This document shows, piece after piece, positions 47,326-59,484 of a stretch of DNA of 64,000 bases (position 1 is its first letter; each line of letters opens with the position of its first letter). The position numbers and the translations under genes are program-made. The notes beneath the pieces were generated by a model that saw nothing but the letters and a program-made list of their open reading frames with translations, searched no databases and was not told where the DNA came from. Source of the stretch: Vairimorpha necatrix (taxonomy: Eukaryota); assembly GCA_036630325.1 (NCBI GenBank), contig CP142727.1:186001-250000 (forward strand), written 5' to 3'.

Positions 47326-49146
47326 ATGTTTTTTTTGTTAATATATTTAGCAACAATCAGATGTTCTGATTATATTTGGTTTATTCCAAATGACGATACA
47401 AAAATTACAGCATATGTATCTTTGAGAAGTATAGATAAAAATATAAAGTCTTCATTACTGACTCATAGGCTGGGGTTTTTCATTAGTGCCAAAAAAATTT
47501 CTAACTATTGCTTTTATACAAACTTTTTCGAATATGGATCACTGTGCTATTTTGAACCGGTAAATGATGATGTATATCACAAAATTCCAAAAATGCTAGA
47601 ATCGGTTCACTTTAAATACAATAAAGATTTGGAAAATGCTATATCATTTTATAATAATAGATTTATGTTAAAAACTACAATCACTCTAAAAAAAGATAAG
47701 GAGTCTTGGTTTGAACTATTATTTTTAAGTCGAAACAAAAGTAATATTAAATTTAAAAGAAGTAACCATTATATATCTAAAAATCGATTTTCTATACAAG
47801 AAATAAAATGGGGATCTTACGAATGTAAACACAAGCCTGAAGGAATTAAATGTTGCGATGAATTATATAAAAGAAGTAAATTTAAACATGCAGATTTTTA
47901 TGTCGCAGAAGAATTAAAAACTTTAAAATTTAGGTCAACGGAAGAATCTGTACGTGAAAAACTGAGACTAAATGATATCCGAAACAAAAGGTTCAAATTT
48001 TTTTCGAACAACGATAATGCAACTGAAACAACAGATATTATAGTAGAAGACATAAAAAACCAAGAGGAGCAAGGCAAACTAAATGCACAAATAATAAAAA
48101 ATTACATTCCCAACGGCAAACAAAGCGTTGATAATTGCAATTTTTTAACTAATATGGAGGAAGATTTGCATAATAAGACTCTAGATAAAGTTTCAGACTT
48201 ACATCTCAACAAGGACAATTTTTTTAATCTTAATTGTTGAGAATATAGATTTAATAAATTTAACCCTTAACTTACAATTATCTTTAACATGGTGGAGAAT
48301 AAAATTATGGAACCCAACAAAAAAAAGAAGAGGTCGTAAGTTCCGTCGAAGCATGAGACGTAAAAAAATGCAGTCTAGGTTAGAATGGGGATGGTTGGTT
48401 GTCTAACAGAAGAGAAGGTGATGGCTTGCATTAGTCGAGGGACCCGTATAGGTGAAGACGTAAAGTAGCTATAAAGAGCTATGGAGAAACAGTATTGACT
48501 GTAATAAGATCTGGCATAAGAGTTGTCGAGATTGAGTGTAGTGGTAATCCCACTATTACATTAAAGCTATCGTGGCAAGATAGTTGAACCAATGGTGTTC
48601 AAAAATCCAGAGAGATTTAAAAAGAGAAGAAAATCAAAAAGAAACTGTGTTATAGTCGAAGGATGAGATAGACGGAAAAAATTCGATTTCATTGTTGGGA
48701 AGACATGTGTAAAGAATAATCACATGCCCATAGACTACATGTATTAAAACAGGGAAAGAAAGTACCTCGAAGACCAATACTAGAAGGGATTGTAAGACGC
48801 GGTAGAGTAAAGCGCAGCCCATGGTCAGTTAACATAAAAATGCACTTTCTTTTGAGAGCCCAGTAGTAGGCGTAGGAAGTAGTAAAGATAATTTCATCGC
48901 CCAATTCTGAATTTAGCGCGGGGATGTTGAGAATATAGATTTAATAAATTTAACCCTTAACTTACAATTATCTTTAACATTAATAAAGACATTAGTAATG
49001 AGAATAAAAAAGAAGACCCCGACAAAGAACAGAAAAAATCGAATCCTACGCCGCCTAACCCGGACAAAAATAGAATCTTCGCTTTCTTAGTTTTGTTTAT
49101 GATTTTGGCAGTTATAACGTTAATTTTATATCTAGCTTCTAAGTAA
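47326..49146 (+). CDS. surface-protein family member 1, interrupted by a TRIM (304-aa truncated product ends at 48240; orphaned stalk/TM tail at 48985-49146)
   Basis: Signal peptide and family domain; removing 48235-48984 restores the frame to ...FLVLFMILAVITLILYLASK*. Confidence 0.88.
48235..48979 (+). mobile_element. non-autonomous TRIM-like LTR element, copy B (745 bp)
   Basis: Identical 55-bp LTRs at 48235-48289 and 48925-48979; TSD TTAAT at 48230-48234 and 48980-48984; PBS TGGTGGAGAAT. Confidence 0.95.
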
Positions 49147-49499
49147 TAAATAAAATAAATAAATCAAGTGTCGAAAAATTCATTTTGTATATACAAAACA
49201 ACATTTTTTTGTTATTATCACTTGTTACGTACAATATTATCATAATAAAATTAGTAATTATATAAATATTTGCAAATGAAAACATAAAAATAAATATATC
49301 GATAAAGTTGCTCTTAAATTATTTTTTCTGCCACTTGCGTTAAACTCTTAATAATTTTACTTAGTTAATTATTAAAAACTTTAAAGACAATCTAAAATAA
49401 AAAAATAGATTTAAAATGTTTTGTTCGATCACTAAATTATATAAACGAATCGAAATAGACAAATTAGCTAATTAATTTTTTTTGACTTTAGATATTTGT

Positions 49500-49830
49500 A
49501 TCACAGCTTGTCCCTGTATCGTTCACAGATTTAGCTCTTCCCAGGCTATGGTTCTGAGCAGACTTTGTTTTTCCACTTCAAATTCTTTGCTGTATTTTTT
49601 TAACAACACCACTTCTTAACAGTCGCCATATCAGAAAATGGATTTAAAACTCTAGGCACTTCTTCTATTTCGCCTCTTGGTCGTGGCCTCGTCGTCGTTT
49701 TATAAAGATGGACTCGGAATCTTCCTTGGGTACTATAGACCGAGTGCATGCTTAAGTAGGGGAGTTATTCATTTCCATGATTTACTTTCTGGGATATTTG
49801 ATCATCATGCCGTTCCATGTCATTACATAA
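49500..49830 (-). mobile_element. REL non-LTR 3' relic (second family)
   Basis: YVMTWNG; AAACGACGACGAGG and ATATGGCGACTGTTAA shared with 46420-46640. Confidence 0.7.
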
Positions 49831-52800
49831 TAATCTATTCTTGCTAAAATTAATATATTTGTCTCAGTATGAAGCAAGTAGGCAATTTTTTAGTTTTCTA
49901 TCTAGCCATAAAAATTTTGAAAAAATTTAAGTATTTTTATAATATATTTTAATTGTCCGATTGAGCATCTTGAGAGTATAGATGCACTATAATACACTAT
50001 AATGCCGTAGCAATTAAATTATATGCCTCACAAGAAAAGAGACCAGAATTATTTCAAATGTAAAAAATCTATTTATAAATCACATAGAAATGTTCAAAAG
50101 AATTTTGTAAATTATAGTATACAAAGATTTGTTGAAGTACGGAAGACGATTTAGAAACGAGACCTAAGATTCAGTTCAAGAGCTATAACTAAACATTCTG
50201 GTCTTAAATAAAACTATGACACAATGTCCTATATTTATTACTGCATACATCATGTATTTAATAAATTTTTCGTCAAGAAAGCATACTTCTAAAATAAAAG
50301 ATTTATTTAATTAATAAATTAATAAGATGTTTAATATCATATTTGAAGAAGAAACATGTACAAAGCAACGTTACGTTTTTTGAGCATTACAAGTATCAAA
50401 TGCCTTTGACATTGTTTTGATATATCTTACGATGTACCAATAAATATTTTAAAGAAACATTAAAATGTTTTCATTCCAACACTAAACTTAAAGATAACAA
50501 TGGCCTGTAACATTGAGTATAATATACAAACAATACTTTTTAAGCAATTTATTAAATCAATAATTAGTAATTATTGTTGAAAAAAAATATAAGGGGTTAT
50601 AAAGTACTTGTTAAATATTATCGCATCAACATGTTAATTTTAAGTCCTAAAAATCAAGCTACTATATTAAACAAATCTCTAAACATCTATCGATGCTAAA
50701 AGTTTTAGTTATAATTTTTTAAACTTTCTAAAATTTTTTAAATACAGAGTGTTGTTTGCTAATGTAATGTGTATAACTTGAAAAAATAATAATAGACAGA
50801 TTGTATTAATATTTCTAAGAATGTTTAAATCAATTTTAATACTTGTGAACTAAAATTGCATCATTAAGAGTTAATAAAAGTCTCAATGTAATTAAAGAGT
50901 AAATATGAGCATATGCTATAGTTATTCATTTGTTCTTTGCTAGACCAATAAATATGCAATTCAAAGTTTAATATTGTTATGAATATTATAATATATCACA
51001 TTTATTTGTTGTCTGAGTAAATTTTATCTAAAGCTTACTCAACTTAGATGAAATCAAGTTTCTTAGTATTTTATTAATTCTATTTAATACTGTAAAAATC
51101 GAATATTCACTTTGAAATATTATAAAACTTACAAAGATTACTTTTTTTTAATGGTGTCAAATAATATTTGGAATTATGTAATTAAGGAAAAATATAGTTG
51201 TGAAACTTCCAATTCTTTCATTTATAAATAAAAACAAGAATAAAAACATAAAGTGAATGACAATTATGTTTCACACATAGTTCTTAGTGGGGGGTTTTTT
51301 GATAGTACTATAAATTATTTTTTAATAAAATTGAATATTGAAATAAATTATACGTAAACATGCAGAATAGAATTCAAACAGACAAAATAAAAAAATTTTG
51401 TTTATTTAATTATTGTGATATATGACTCTGAAATTTTTTTGAAGATTTAAAAAAACATTAAAAAATCTAATAAAATTATAAATGTTTATTTTGAAATAAA
51501 TGAAAGTATCTAATGATTTTTTATTTGTTAGAAGTAAATCCAACTTATATATTAAAAACTAAGTTTTTATACTGTAACTACATTCCAATTAATGATAATA
51601 AATTAATTTGAAATCGGAGTCTCTGAATTAAGAGCTAACAAATCCGAATGAGGGATGAGGTATTTACATCGATTTGAAAATTGGTAATTAAATTTTTTTT
51701 ATCATATTGATCGAATTACTGATGTTATAGTATTTATAGTTACGATAATATAAAAATAAAAATTTCATTGCAATACATAAATTGATGATACTATAAATCA
51801 AGAACCAATTTTAAAATCCCGTTAAAAATTTTATAAGATTGAGGTATTAAAATAGTATCAAAGACAATACACTTTTCAAAAAGTCTCTTTGTCACGATGG
51901 TCTTTTAATGTTTAATGCCGAGGTAGTAAAACGTTATAAACCAAGAAAAGTTGATGAAACTAAATCAGTCAAATAGAGCATATTTTGAGTTTTATTTCGC
52001 ATAAAATTCTATTATAAACTTTTTAATATTTTTTAAAGACATCGTATAAAATTTAATATTAACTTAGTTTTTATACGTAAAACATTGCTATACAACAAAA
52101 ATCAAAACGAATAAGAGAAATTCCCACAAGAAGAAATCGATATAACAAAGTGGAAGCAATGAATTGTTAATATTTATATTTTGAATTAAAAACGGAGAAA
52201 TCAACAGCCAAAATATGAAAAAAAAATTTAAAAAAATTTTATTGATTAATGCTTATTGGAAATATTCAGTATTATATATATTCCCTTTGATTATTTAGAA
52301 ATCAATACGTCATCTATGCTAACAAATCTGAATGGTTACAACATTATTTATGGTTGATTTGTTATAATGAACTCGCTATTTCTGTATAAACCTTCATAAT
52401 TAACAGAGTAGTATACACTTTAATGTCCGTTAAAAGTAGTTAAGATGTAATCCCACGTAAAGCCACTTTATATGCAGGTCGGCATTGTGTATGATATCAG
52501 AATGAGTACTTAATTGACTGATTTAAGTGATGATCGTTGTATATGTGCCTGTTGTAGACTTTATACCTTTATATGAGTTTTAGAGTTGACAAGCTCGCCA
52601 AACCTAGCCTACGTGTGTCTTTCGATAATTTTTTTACAAATATGGCATACAAATACATATGGAATGGGGTAATTGTCCTGCGGCCTAGAGTTGTCATATG
52701 AGCTTAATATAATCTGATCATAATTTTTTTTAGATACCAATTATCTTAACAACATCTACATGTTTTTTCATGTCAACGATTAATCCTAAAAAATTCTAAA

Positions 52801-53740
52801 CTTAAAAAAGGGAATGATTTAATATCATTACTAAACGTCCACCAACACAATATAATTGTCGTAGTTGCTTACGCTTTAACCGAGCATTTATAATGCTTGA
52901 ATGTTTCTTTATATTTTTATAAGATTTACCGCATCTTATGGAAGGAGGAAAAGGACAAAACCAAATAAACAATTTACTAGCAATAATAATCAAAAATTAT
53001 GCGTATTTATATATTTATAAGAACTTAAGGTTTACTAAAAAGCCTTGATTTTTTATGAGTTTTATCAGTCCGCAGTTAGTGCATTATGCTCTAATTTGTT
53101 TAAAATACGAATAAATATAGAAGTAAATCAAAAATAGTGATATTGAAGCGATATAAGGAACGTAAAAATACAAATATACCTGAATTGAGATTCTTAGCCT
53201 TTGAAATTTCAAATTCATGATATTAAAATACATTATTGATATATCCACTATAATTTAAGTCGATAATAAACAAAATTATTTATAGTATAGATTACTTTTA
53301 AGGTTGAGCATTATTATATCTTCTTTGCAAAAATTAAAAAAATGCCATTTGGAATATTTGTATAAACAAAAATATGATCGGAACTTTTATTAAAAATTTA
53401 TATTATATTTTTGTTCGGTCTTGCAAAAAAACAGCCTATTTATTTTTAATATAGTGACATTTTGTTAGTATATAAGATTATGACGTCGATCGATGATGTC
53501 ATTTCTGTATATAAAACTTCTAGTTTATAATTAATTCGTAAATTGGAGTAATTTAATCAATACAATAAGTTCTTTCTGTCAAAATTTCTTCCTATGATAT
53601 TAAATGTATTTATATGAAATAGTTTTTTCTCTTTGAACATTCATCATTCTACCTAGGGCCATTAGATTTGATAATAACTACAATGATTTTCAATTCTTAA
53701 ATTAAAATTTCTATTTAAAAAACCAATTATTTAATGCCCC

Positions 53741-54820
53741 ATGCTTGTTTTGTTTTTTTATTCAATAACAATATTTTGTTCTGATTACATTTTTATTGAT
53801 AAAAATAGTGACACAGAAATAAGTCTATACGTATCTTTAAACAATTTAGACAATTTGTTGTTTTCATCATTACTGGTTCATAAGCAGAGTAGTAGCGAAT
53901 GTTATAAAGAAAAAGTGAATAATATTATGAAAATGTTTGAAAACGAAATCACGAATCCGCCATATTGTTTTAAACCTGTAAATGATATTGCATATACCGA
54001 ATTAAAAAAATTATTAGAATCGGTTCAATTTGACAATAATGAAGAGTTAGAAATGGCGAAATTATTCTATAAGAATAAATATATATTAAAAACGACATTC
54101 AATCTAGAAAATGAAAAGTTATATTACATTGAACAATTGTTTGTCAAAGGAAACCCCCAGCGTTATCTTTTTAAAGGAATCTGTAATGATATATTTAATG
54201 AAAATAAAAACATTATGGAAATAAAATGGTTACGGGGCGAATATGAGAACTCAAAATATTTAAGTAAAGACGTAAATGATATATATTGTAAATGTTTATT
54301 CAATTCTACCTATTTTTATCACACAGAAGATAAAGAACCTCTGGAATATAAACAAACGAAAGATACTGTAAATAATGAATCAAAACAAAGTTCTAGACGA
54401 ATAATGGGGATCGAAAATATGATAAACCACGCCAATGAAACAGAAAAAATGGATTATTCACGAAGCAAATACGAAAAGAATCTAGAAGAATACAAACAAA
54501 GATTTGAGCAGATAATACAAGATAATAGTAATAATAGCAATTCAAGAGATGGTGAATACAGATTAGAAACTAATATCGTCGATATATTAAATGATGGGGA
54601 TCGTGAATTAGATCAATGCTATCATATCGATGATGATAATGGTTTAAATTCTAATAATGAATATAATAATGTAAACAAAGACGAGGAAGAATCAAAAAGT
54701 TATTTAATTAAATCTAACTCTAAGCCAAAGAAGCATTTAGATAAAGGTTGGATTATCATTGGAATAATTTTGATTGTAAATTTGGGAATTCTTTCTCTCA
54801 TATCACATCTAATGTTTTAA
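53741..54820 (+). CDS. surface-protein family member 2 (signal peptide, conserved N-domain, stalk, C-terminal TM), 359 aa
   Basis: CSDYIFI..YVSL..LD..NPPY.F.PV..LLESV.F..YILKTTF motifs; CCCC-ATG. Confidence 0.88.
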   Translation: MLVLFFYSITIFCSDYIFIDKNSDTEISLYVSLNNLDNLLFSSLLVHKQSSSECYKEKVNNIMKMFENEITNPPYCFKPVNDIAYTELKKLLESVQFDNNEELEMAKLFYKNKYILKTTFNLENEKLYYIEQLFVKGNPQRYLFKGICNDIFNENKNIMEIKWLRGEYENSKYLSKDVNDIYCKCLFNSTYFYHTEDKEPLEYKQTKDTVNNESKQSSRRIMGIENMINHANETEKMDYSRSKYEKNLEEYKQRFEQIIQDNSNNSNSRDGEYRLETNIVDILNDGDRELDQCYHIDDDNGLNSNNEYNNVNKDEEESKSYLIKSNSKPKKHLDKGWIIIGIILIVNLGILSLISHLMF

Positions 54821-55244
54821 TAATAAAAATTATAGTCTAACAATAATTGAGATTATATATTTGTGATTACTGTTATTTTTTTTAAATTATTTTTTTTGTC
54901 TATTTTAAATTTTTCATTAACAATTATTCTTATATATATATAATTATTAGTTTTGATTTTGAAAATAATATCAAAATTAACATCTAAATATACAAGTAAC
55001 TTCATATTCTCACTTTGTTCACTCATATACTCTCCAAGGCTTCTTAGTGCCCAAATTAAACGTACAAAGAAACATTTAGAAGAACTGAGTTTGATTTGAA
55101 AAATAAAGAGAATCGCTTTTAATTTATAAATTTTATAGAAAGGTTTAATTTTTATATAAAAATAGATATTAAAATATTACTAATGTTTATACATTTTTGC
55201 ATTTTAATTTCTAATGCGTACTATTAAATTTAGAATTCATTATA

Positions 55245-56870
55245 CAGTCCATTTCATTTTTATAGACACCTTGTTTCATAATTATAGACACCTTGTTCCA
55301 TTTTTATAGACACCTTGTTTCATTTTTATAGAACCCTCATTTCATTATTATAGAACCCTCATTTCATTTTTATAGAACCCTCATTTCATTATTATAGAAC
55401 CCTCATTTCATTATTATAGAACCCTTGTTCTAAAATTTATTTTTATTTTTTTCATAATTTATTTATATAGTTGAATCGTAAAGAAGAGATTTCGATATAG
55501 ATATAAACATCAATATTTACATGGCAAACAATTAAAACATCTTAGAAGTTTTTAATTAAAATGTTTAATATTAATTCAAAAAAAATTCGCATTGACAAGA
55601 GCTTTCTCGATAAATTCTCTCATATGAGAAAAGTAACCATCCAAGACGAATACTTCTGTGTTCAACACGTCCTCAATACAATCAATTAACAAAGGAGTGG
55701 TTGTTGGTCTAGGTCTCTGTTTTACTCGGAACTTGAAACTGTTTAAAAACTCCTCGATGGGGTTTAGTTGTGGAGAATATGGAGGGAGAAGTTTTAGACT
55801 GTATCCTTTGTTTCTAAATGCAGCAGCTACTTCGGATGTTCTGTGTATAGATGTGTTATCCAATATTATAGATCTGTTTTCCTCTTGCTCACAAATAGGT
55901 AAATAGTTGTTAATGAATTGACAAAATCTGTAGATTTAAAATTCCGACTTTAGTTTTATGCGCTTATAATCCAATAACGCTTATAGCACACATTAAAGAA
56001 ACATTAGTCCCTTTCGAATTCAGGGCCGTTAACAACACTTAGTATTTCTTAAAGAATAACCAAAAGTATTGTTAAGGTGCAGATTTAAACCAGTTTTATC
56101 GAGAAATATTAAATTATCATTCGATATGATATCTATTACCCTAGCATATTGACACCTTAACAGCTTGTTCTGACTGTTTCTACTTAGTGGAATCAAAGTC
56201 AGGGGTTAGAACTATACACTATTTTTTTAACAAGTCTGCAAACAGTTGACTTAGAGTAATGTCCCGTGGAATTTAAATTTTGCAATTTATCGGATAAATT
56301 ATATAGACCTGGGCAAGGATTACGGGCCATTTCCGTTGCAATAATATTTAACACACCATAGAAATATCTTTTAAAGATTCACTCTTTTTTTGTCCTGCCG
56401 TTTTAAAGTTTAAGGTTGGTAAATTCTCCGTAGGATATCTTTTATATAGGCGTTTGACGCTAGACTTACTGAGATTTAAAGCAACTTCCATATCAAAAAG
56501 TTTCATACCAGGTCAAGTAACGAAAGAAAATTTTCGATTATCGACCCGGTAATCATCTTCCTGGTTTTTCTTGGAGTAGAAAACTGCGTTTCATCTTCTA
56601 TTTTAGCAAATGATCTTTTTTACGATATTCCTTAAGTTCATCTCTGACATTTAGTTTCTCATATTTTAAGGTTTAAAAATTTTAAAGGAAAGTAAAATAA
56701 ATTTTATAACAAGGTGTCTATAAAAATGAAACAAGGTGTCTATAATAATGAAATGAGGGTTCTATAAAAATAAAACAAGGTGTCTATAATAATGAAATGA
56801 GGGTTCTATAAAAATGAAACAAGGTGTCTATAAAAATGGAACAAGGTGTCTATAATTATGAAATGGACTG
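55245..56870 (-). mobile_element. Tc1/IS630-like DNA transposon with long repeat-array TIRs
   Basis: TA|CAGTCC...GGACTG|TA ends; arrays of 22-bp units (8 left at 55252-55427, 7 right at 56710-56863, inverted). Confidence 0.92.
55576..56650 (-). pseudogene. DD34E transposase, frameshifted
   Basis: IFLDKTGLNL (56081-56110), LDNTSIH...LPPYSPQLNPIE with 34 residues between D and E; no continuous ORF. Confidence 0.88.
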
Positions 56871-58291
56871 TAAACACGTATTAAGACTACAAGATTCGGA
56901 ACAATTAGGATTTTATCTTACTAAAGACCATCATAAAGGTATTTGAAGCTTTTTTGAATAAAAAAAATTTAGAATTTTAGAGCACTATCAAAAATTTAGA
57001 AGACAAGACAATTTTTCATTGGTAGGCTCATAACCAGCAATATCTTTGATACAGGCGTGATATATAATGTTTTTACTAATTATATTAAACCTTCTAAGAA
57101 ATGATTTTTTGGAACGATTTCATTTTTATATAACTGATTTTGAATGCAGATACATACACAATACAAAAACTCAACCTAGTGCTATTAATAATACGATTAT
57201 ATATGAATAATATAACATTAACTATTTAGTTAATAGAAAAATATACTTTGATCAAAAATAATGATATTTTAAAAAAAATTGTCAAAAAAGAATTTCTGGC
57301 AATTTATACAAGAATTTTTTAAAAAGTGTTTTTTTAAGATCACATTTGATGAAGTGGTACTTAATATCTCTTTAATATAGCCGGCAAGCTGGTAACCAAT
57401 ACTTTTCTAGCCATAAATCCATAAATTATCCTGAAATTTACTTTAAGCATATTTATTTTTGTCTAAACATATTCGTGAACTGAAAACGTCGGAGAGTAAA
57501 AGTGTTAAGATGTAAATCCATTGGCTGTTATGTTTAACTTTGAAAAAACGGAATTGTTACTGGAGAGCTTGTAAATTGATAAAACTTATGAGTAAAAGGA
57601 AAAATCAGCATCTAAGAGTTGTTAAATAACATCTCAGAAAGCAACAACAACAAAAATAAAATGGCGTAAACAAAATCTTTTAAAGAACTCGATTATACGT
57701 ATCTTTTTAGATTAGTGGAAGGCTTTCTTAAATCAATAACACATCTATTTAAAACCTTCATTTTGTGCAATCTCGTGTCAAAATCTCACATTATTCCGAA
57801 ACGTTGATCAGTTTATCGTTAAGAAACAACAAAAAAGAGCAAATATACAATACAACAACGTGCCTTTATTTATGTATATGTCTTTTATGCCATGTCGTAT
57901 AAAATTAACATGTGATATAATGACATGTTAATTAAATATACGTTTGTGTTGTCGATTAATAATTTAAATTTATGGCTTTATGAATTATATTAAAAAAATA
58001 AATTAGTAATTTCAAGATCAATTTATTGATTTGATTGAAACGGATTTAACCATCTATTTATTTAAACCATTGTTTCTTATAGAATGTTTTTATTTATATA
58101 ATTCTATATATAATAAGAGAAATTTGAAGTAAAATCGATTGATCTAGGCGCAATAGAAGACATTTACATTAAATATTTTGTTAGTCTGCTCTTTCTATAT
58201 ATTCAGCATTGCATAAGTTTTTTATATTAGTTTCTAATAATAATTTCTTTTTTTTAATTTTTTATAAAAAACATGAATTATTAATTACCCC

Positions 58292-59351
58292 ATGTTATTT
58301 ATGTTCTTATATTCAATTACAATATTTTGTTCTGATTACATTTTTATTTATCCAATAAATGACACAGAAATAAGTTTTTACGTTTCTTTGAACAATCTAG
58401 ATAACGAACTACAATTATCATTATTAATTCATGAGCTTAGTATACTTGATACTTTAAAAAGTTGTGTAAATCGTTATATTGGGGAATGGTTTGAAGTTGG
58501 AATTAATAATCCCCCGCATTATTTTAAACCCGTAGATATATCAGTATATCAAGAAATTGAAGATTTACTTCAATCAGTTCAATTCAATACCATGGAAGAA
58601 TTAGTTACAGCCGAATCATTTTTTAGAAACGAATATATATTAAAAACGACATTTACTCCAAGAAAATTCAAGTCATATTACATTGAAAGATTGCAAGTTA
58701 AAAAAGGCAACCCGGAATTTATTTTTAAAAAAAGCGAGGAAAGTATTTTTGATGATAAAAAAAATATAAAAAAATAAAATGGAAAATTCGCAAACTTGAA
58801 CACACGGGCGAAGAGGTTGAAAATGACACAAAGTTATATGAAAAAGTTCAATTTTTTGATGAAGATTTTTATCACACAGAAGATAAAACACCTCTGAAAT
58901 TCAAGACAACCAAAGAAGCTGAAAAAATTGAAAAAATATATGATGATTACTGTAAAAAGGGGCTTAAATTGGGAATAAACAGAGACAATATACCCAAAAC
59001 AATTAATACTTTATTAGTTGAAGATGTAAAAAAACAAAATGAACTCAAAAAACCAGATGAAAAAGTATTACAAGGCTACACTCCCAACAGTAAAATTAAT
59101 ATCGATAATTATATTTTCCAACCCAATAACAAGGATGGCCTCAATGCTAAAGTTACAGAACAAGATATAAACTCCAATCTTGATAATGAAAATAAACTAC
59201 ATAACAATAAAAACGAATATTTAAATAAAGTTTAAAAAAAATGATTTCTAAGCATCCTAATGCCGGGGATAAAGATGGAATTCTGCCTATAATTGTTTTG
59301 TTGATGATCTTGGTGATTGTTATCTTCATTTTATATCTAGCCTTCAAGTAA
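58292..59351 (+). pseudogene. surface-protein family member 3, with two frameshifts (~58770 and ~59235)
   Basis: Three ORF segments colinear with 61586-62653, ending ...VIFILYLAFK*. Confidence 0.8.
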
Positions 59352-59484
59352 TAAACATTTATTTTATCTTCTAATGAAATTTTGTTTTTTATAAAGTCAT
59401 ATGTGCATTTATTTGTATAAATTTTTTCGGAGGATCCGTATTTTTATTTTTTTTTGTTTTAAATTATTCTAATTTTTTTTCTTT

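Noticed and set aside
48262..48272. AACCCTTAAC telomere-like motif in TRIM LTRs
   Set aside because: Single occurrence per LTR; better explained as the CCC promoter motif
52430..52710. Slightly GC-rich island with weak hairpins
   Set aside because: Stems short and inconsistent; no second copy or motif seen
55252..55427. CRISPR-like appearance of the 22-bp repeats
   Set aside because: No spacers; an inverted copy at 56710-56863 shows they are transposon TIRs; eukaryotic context
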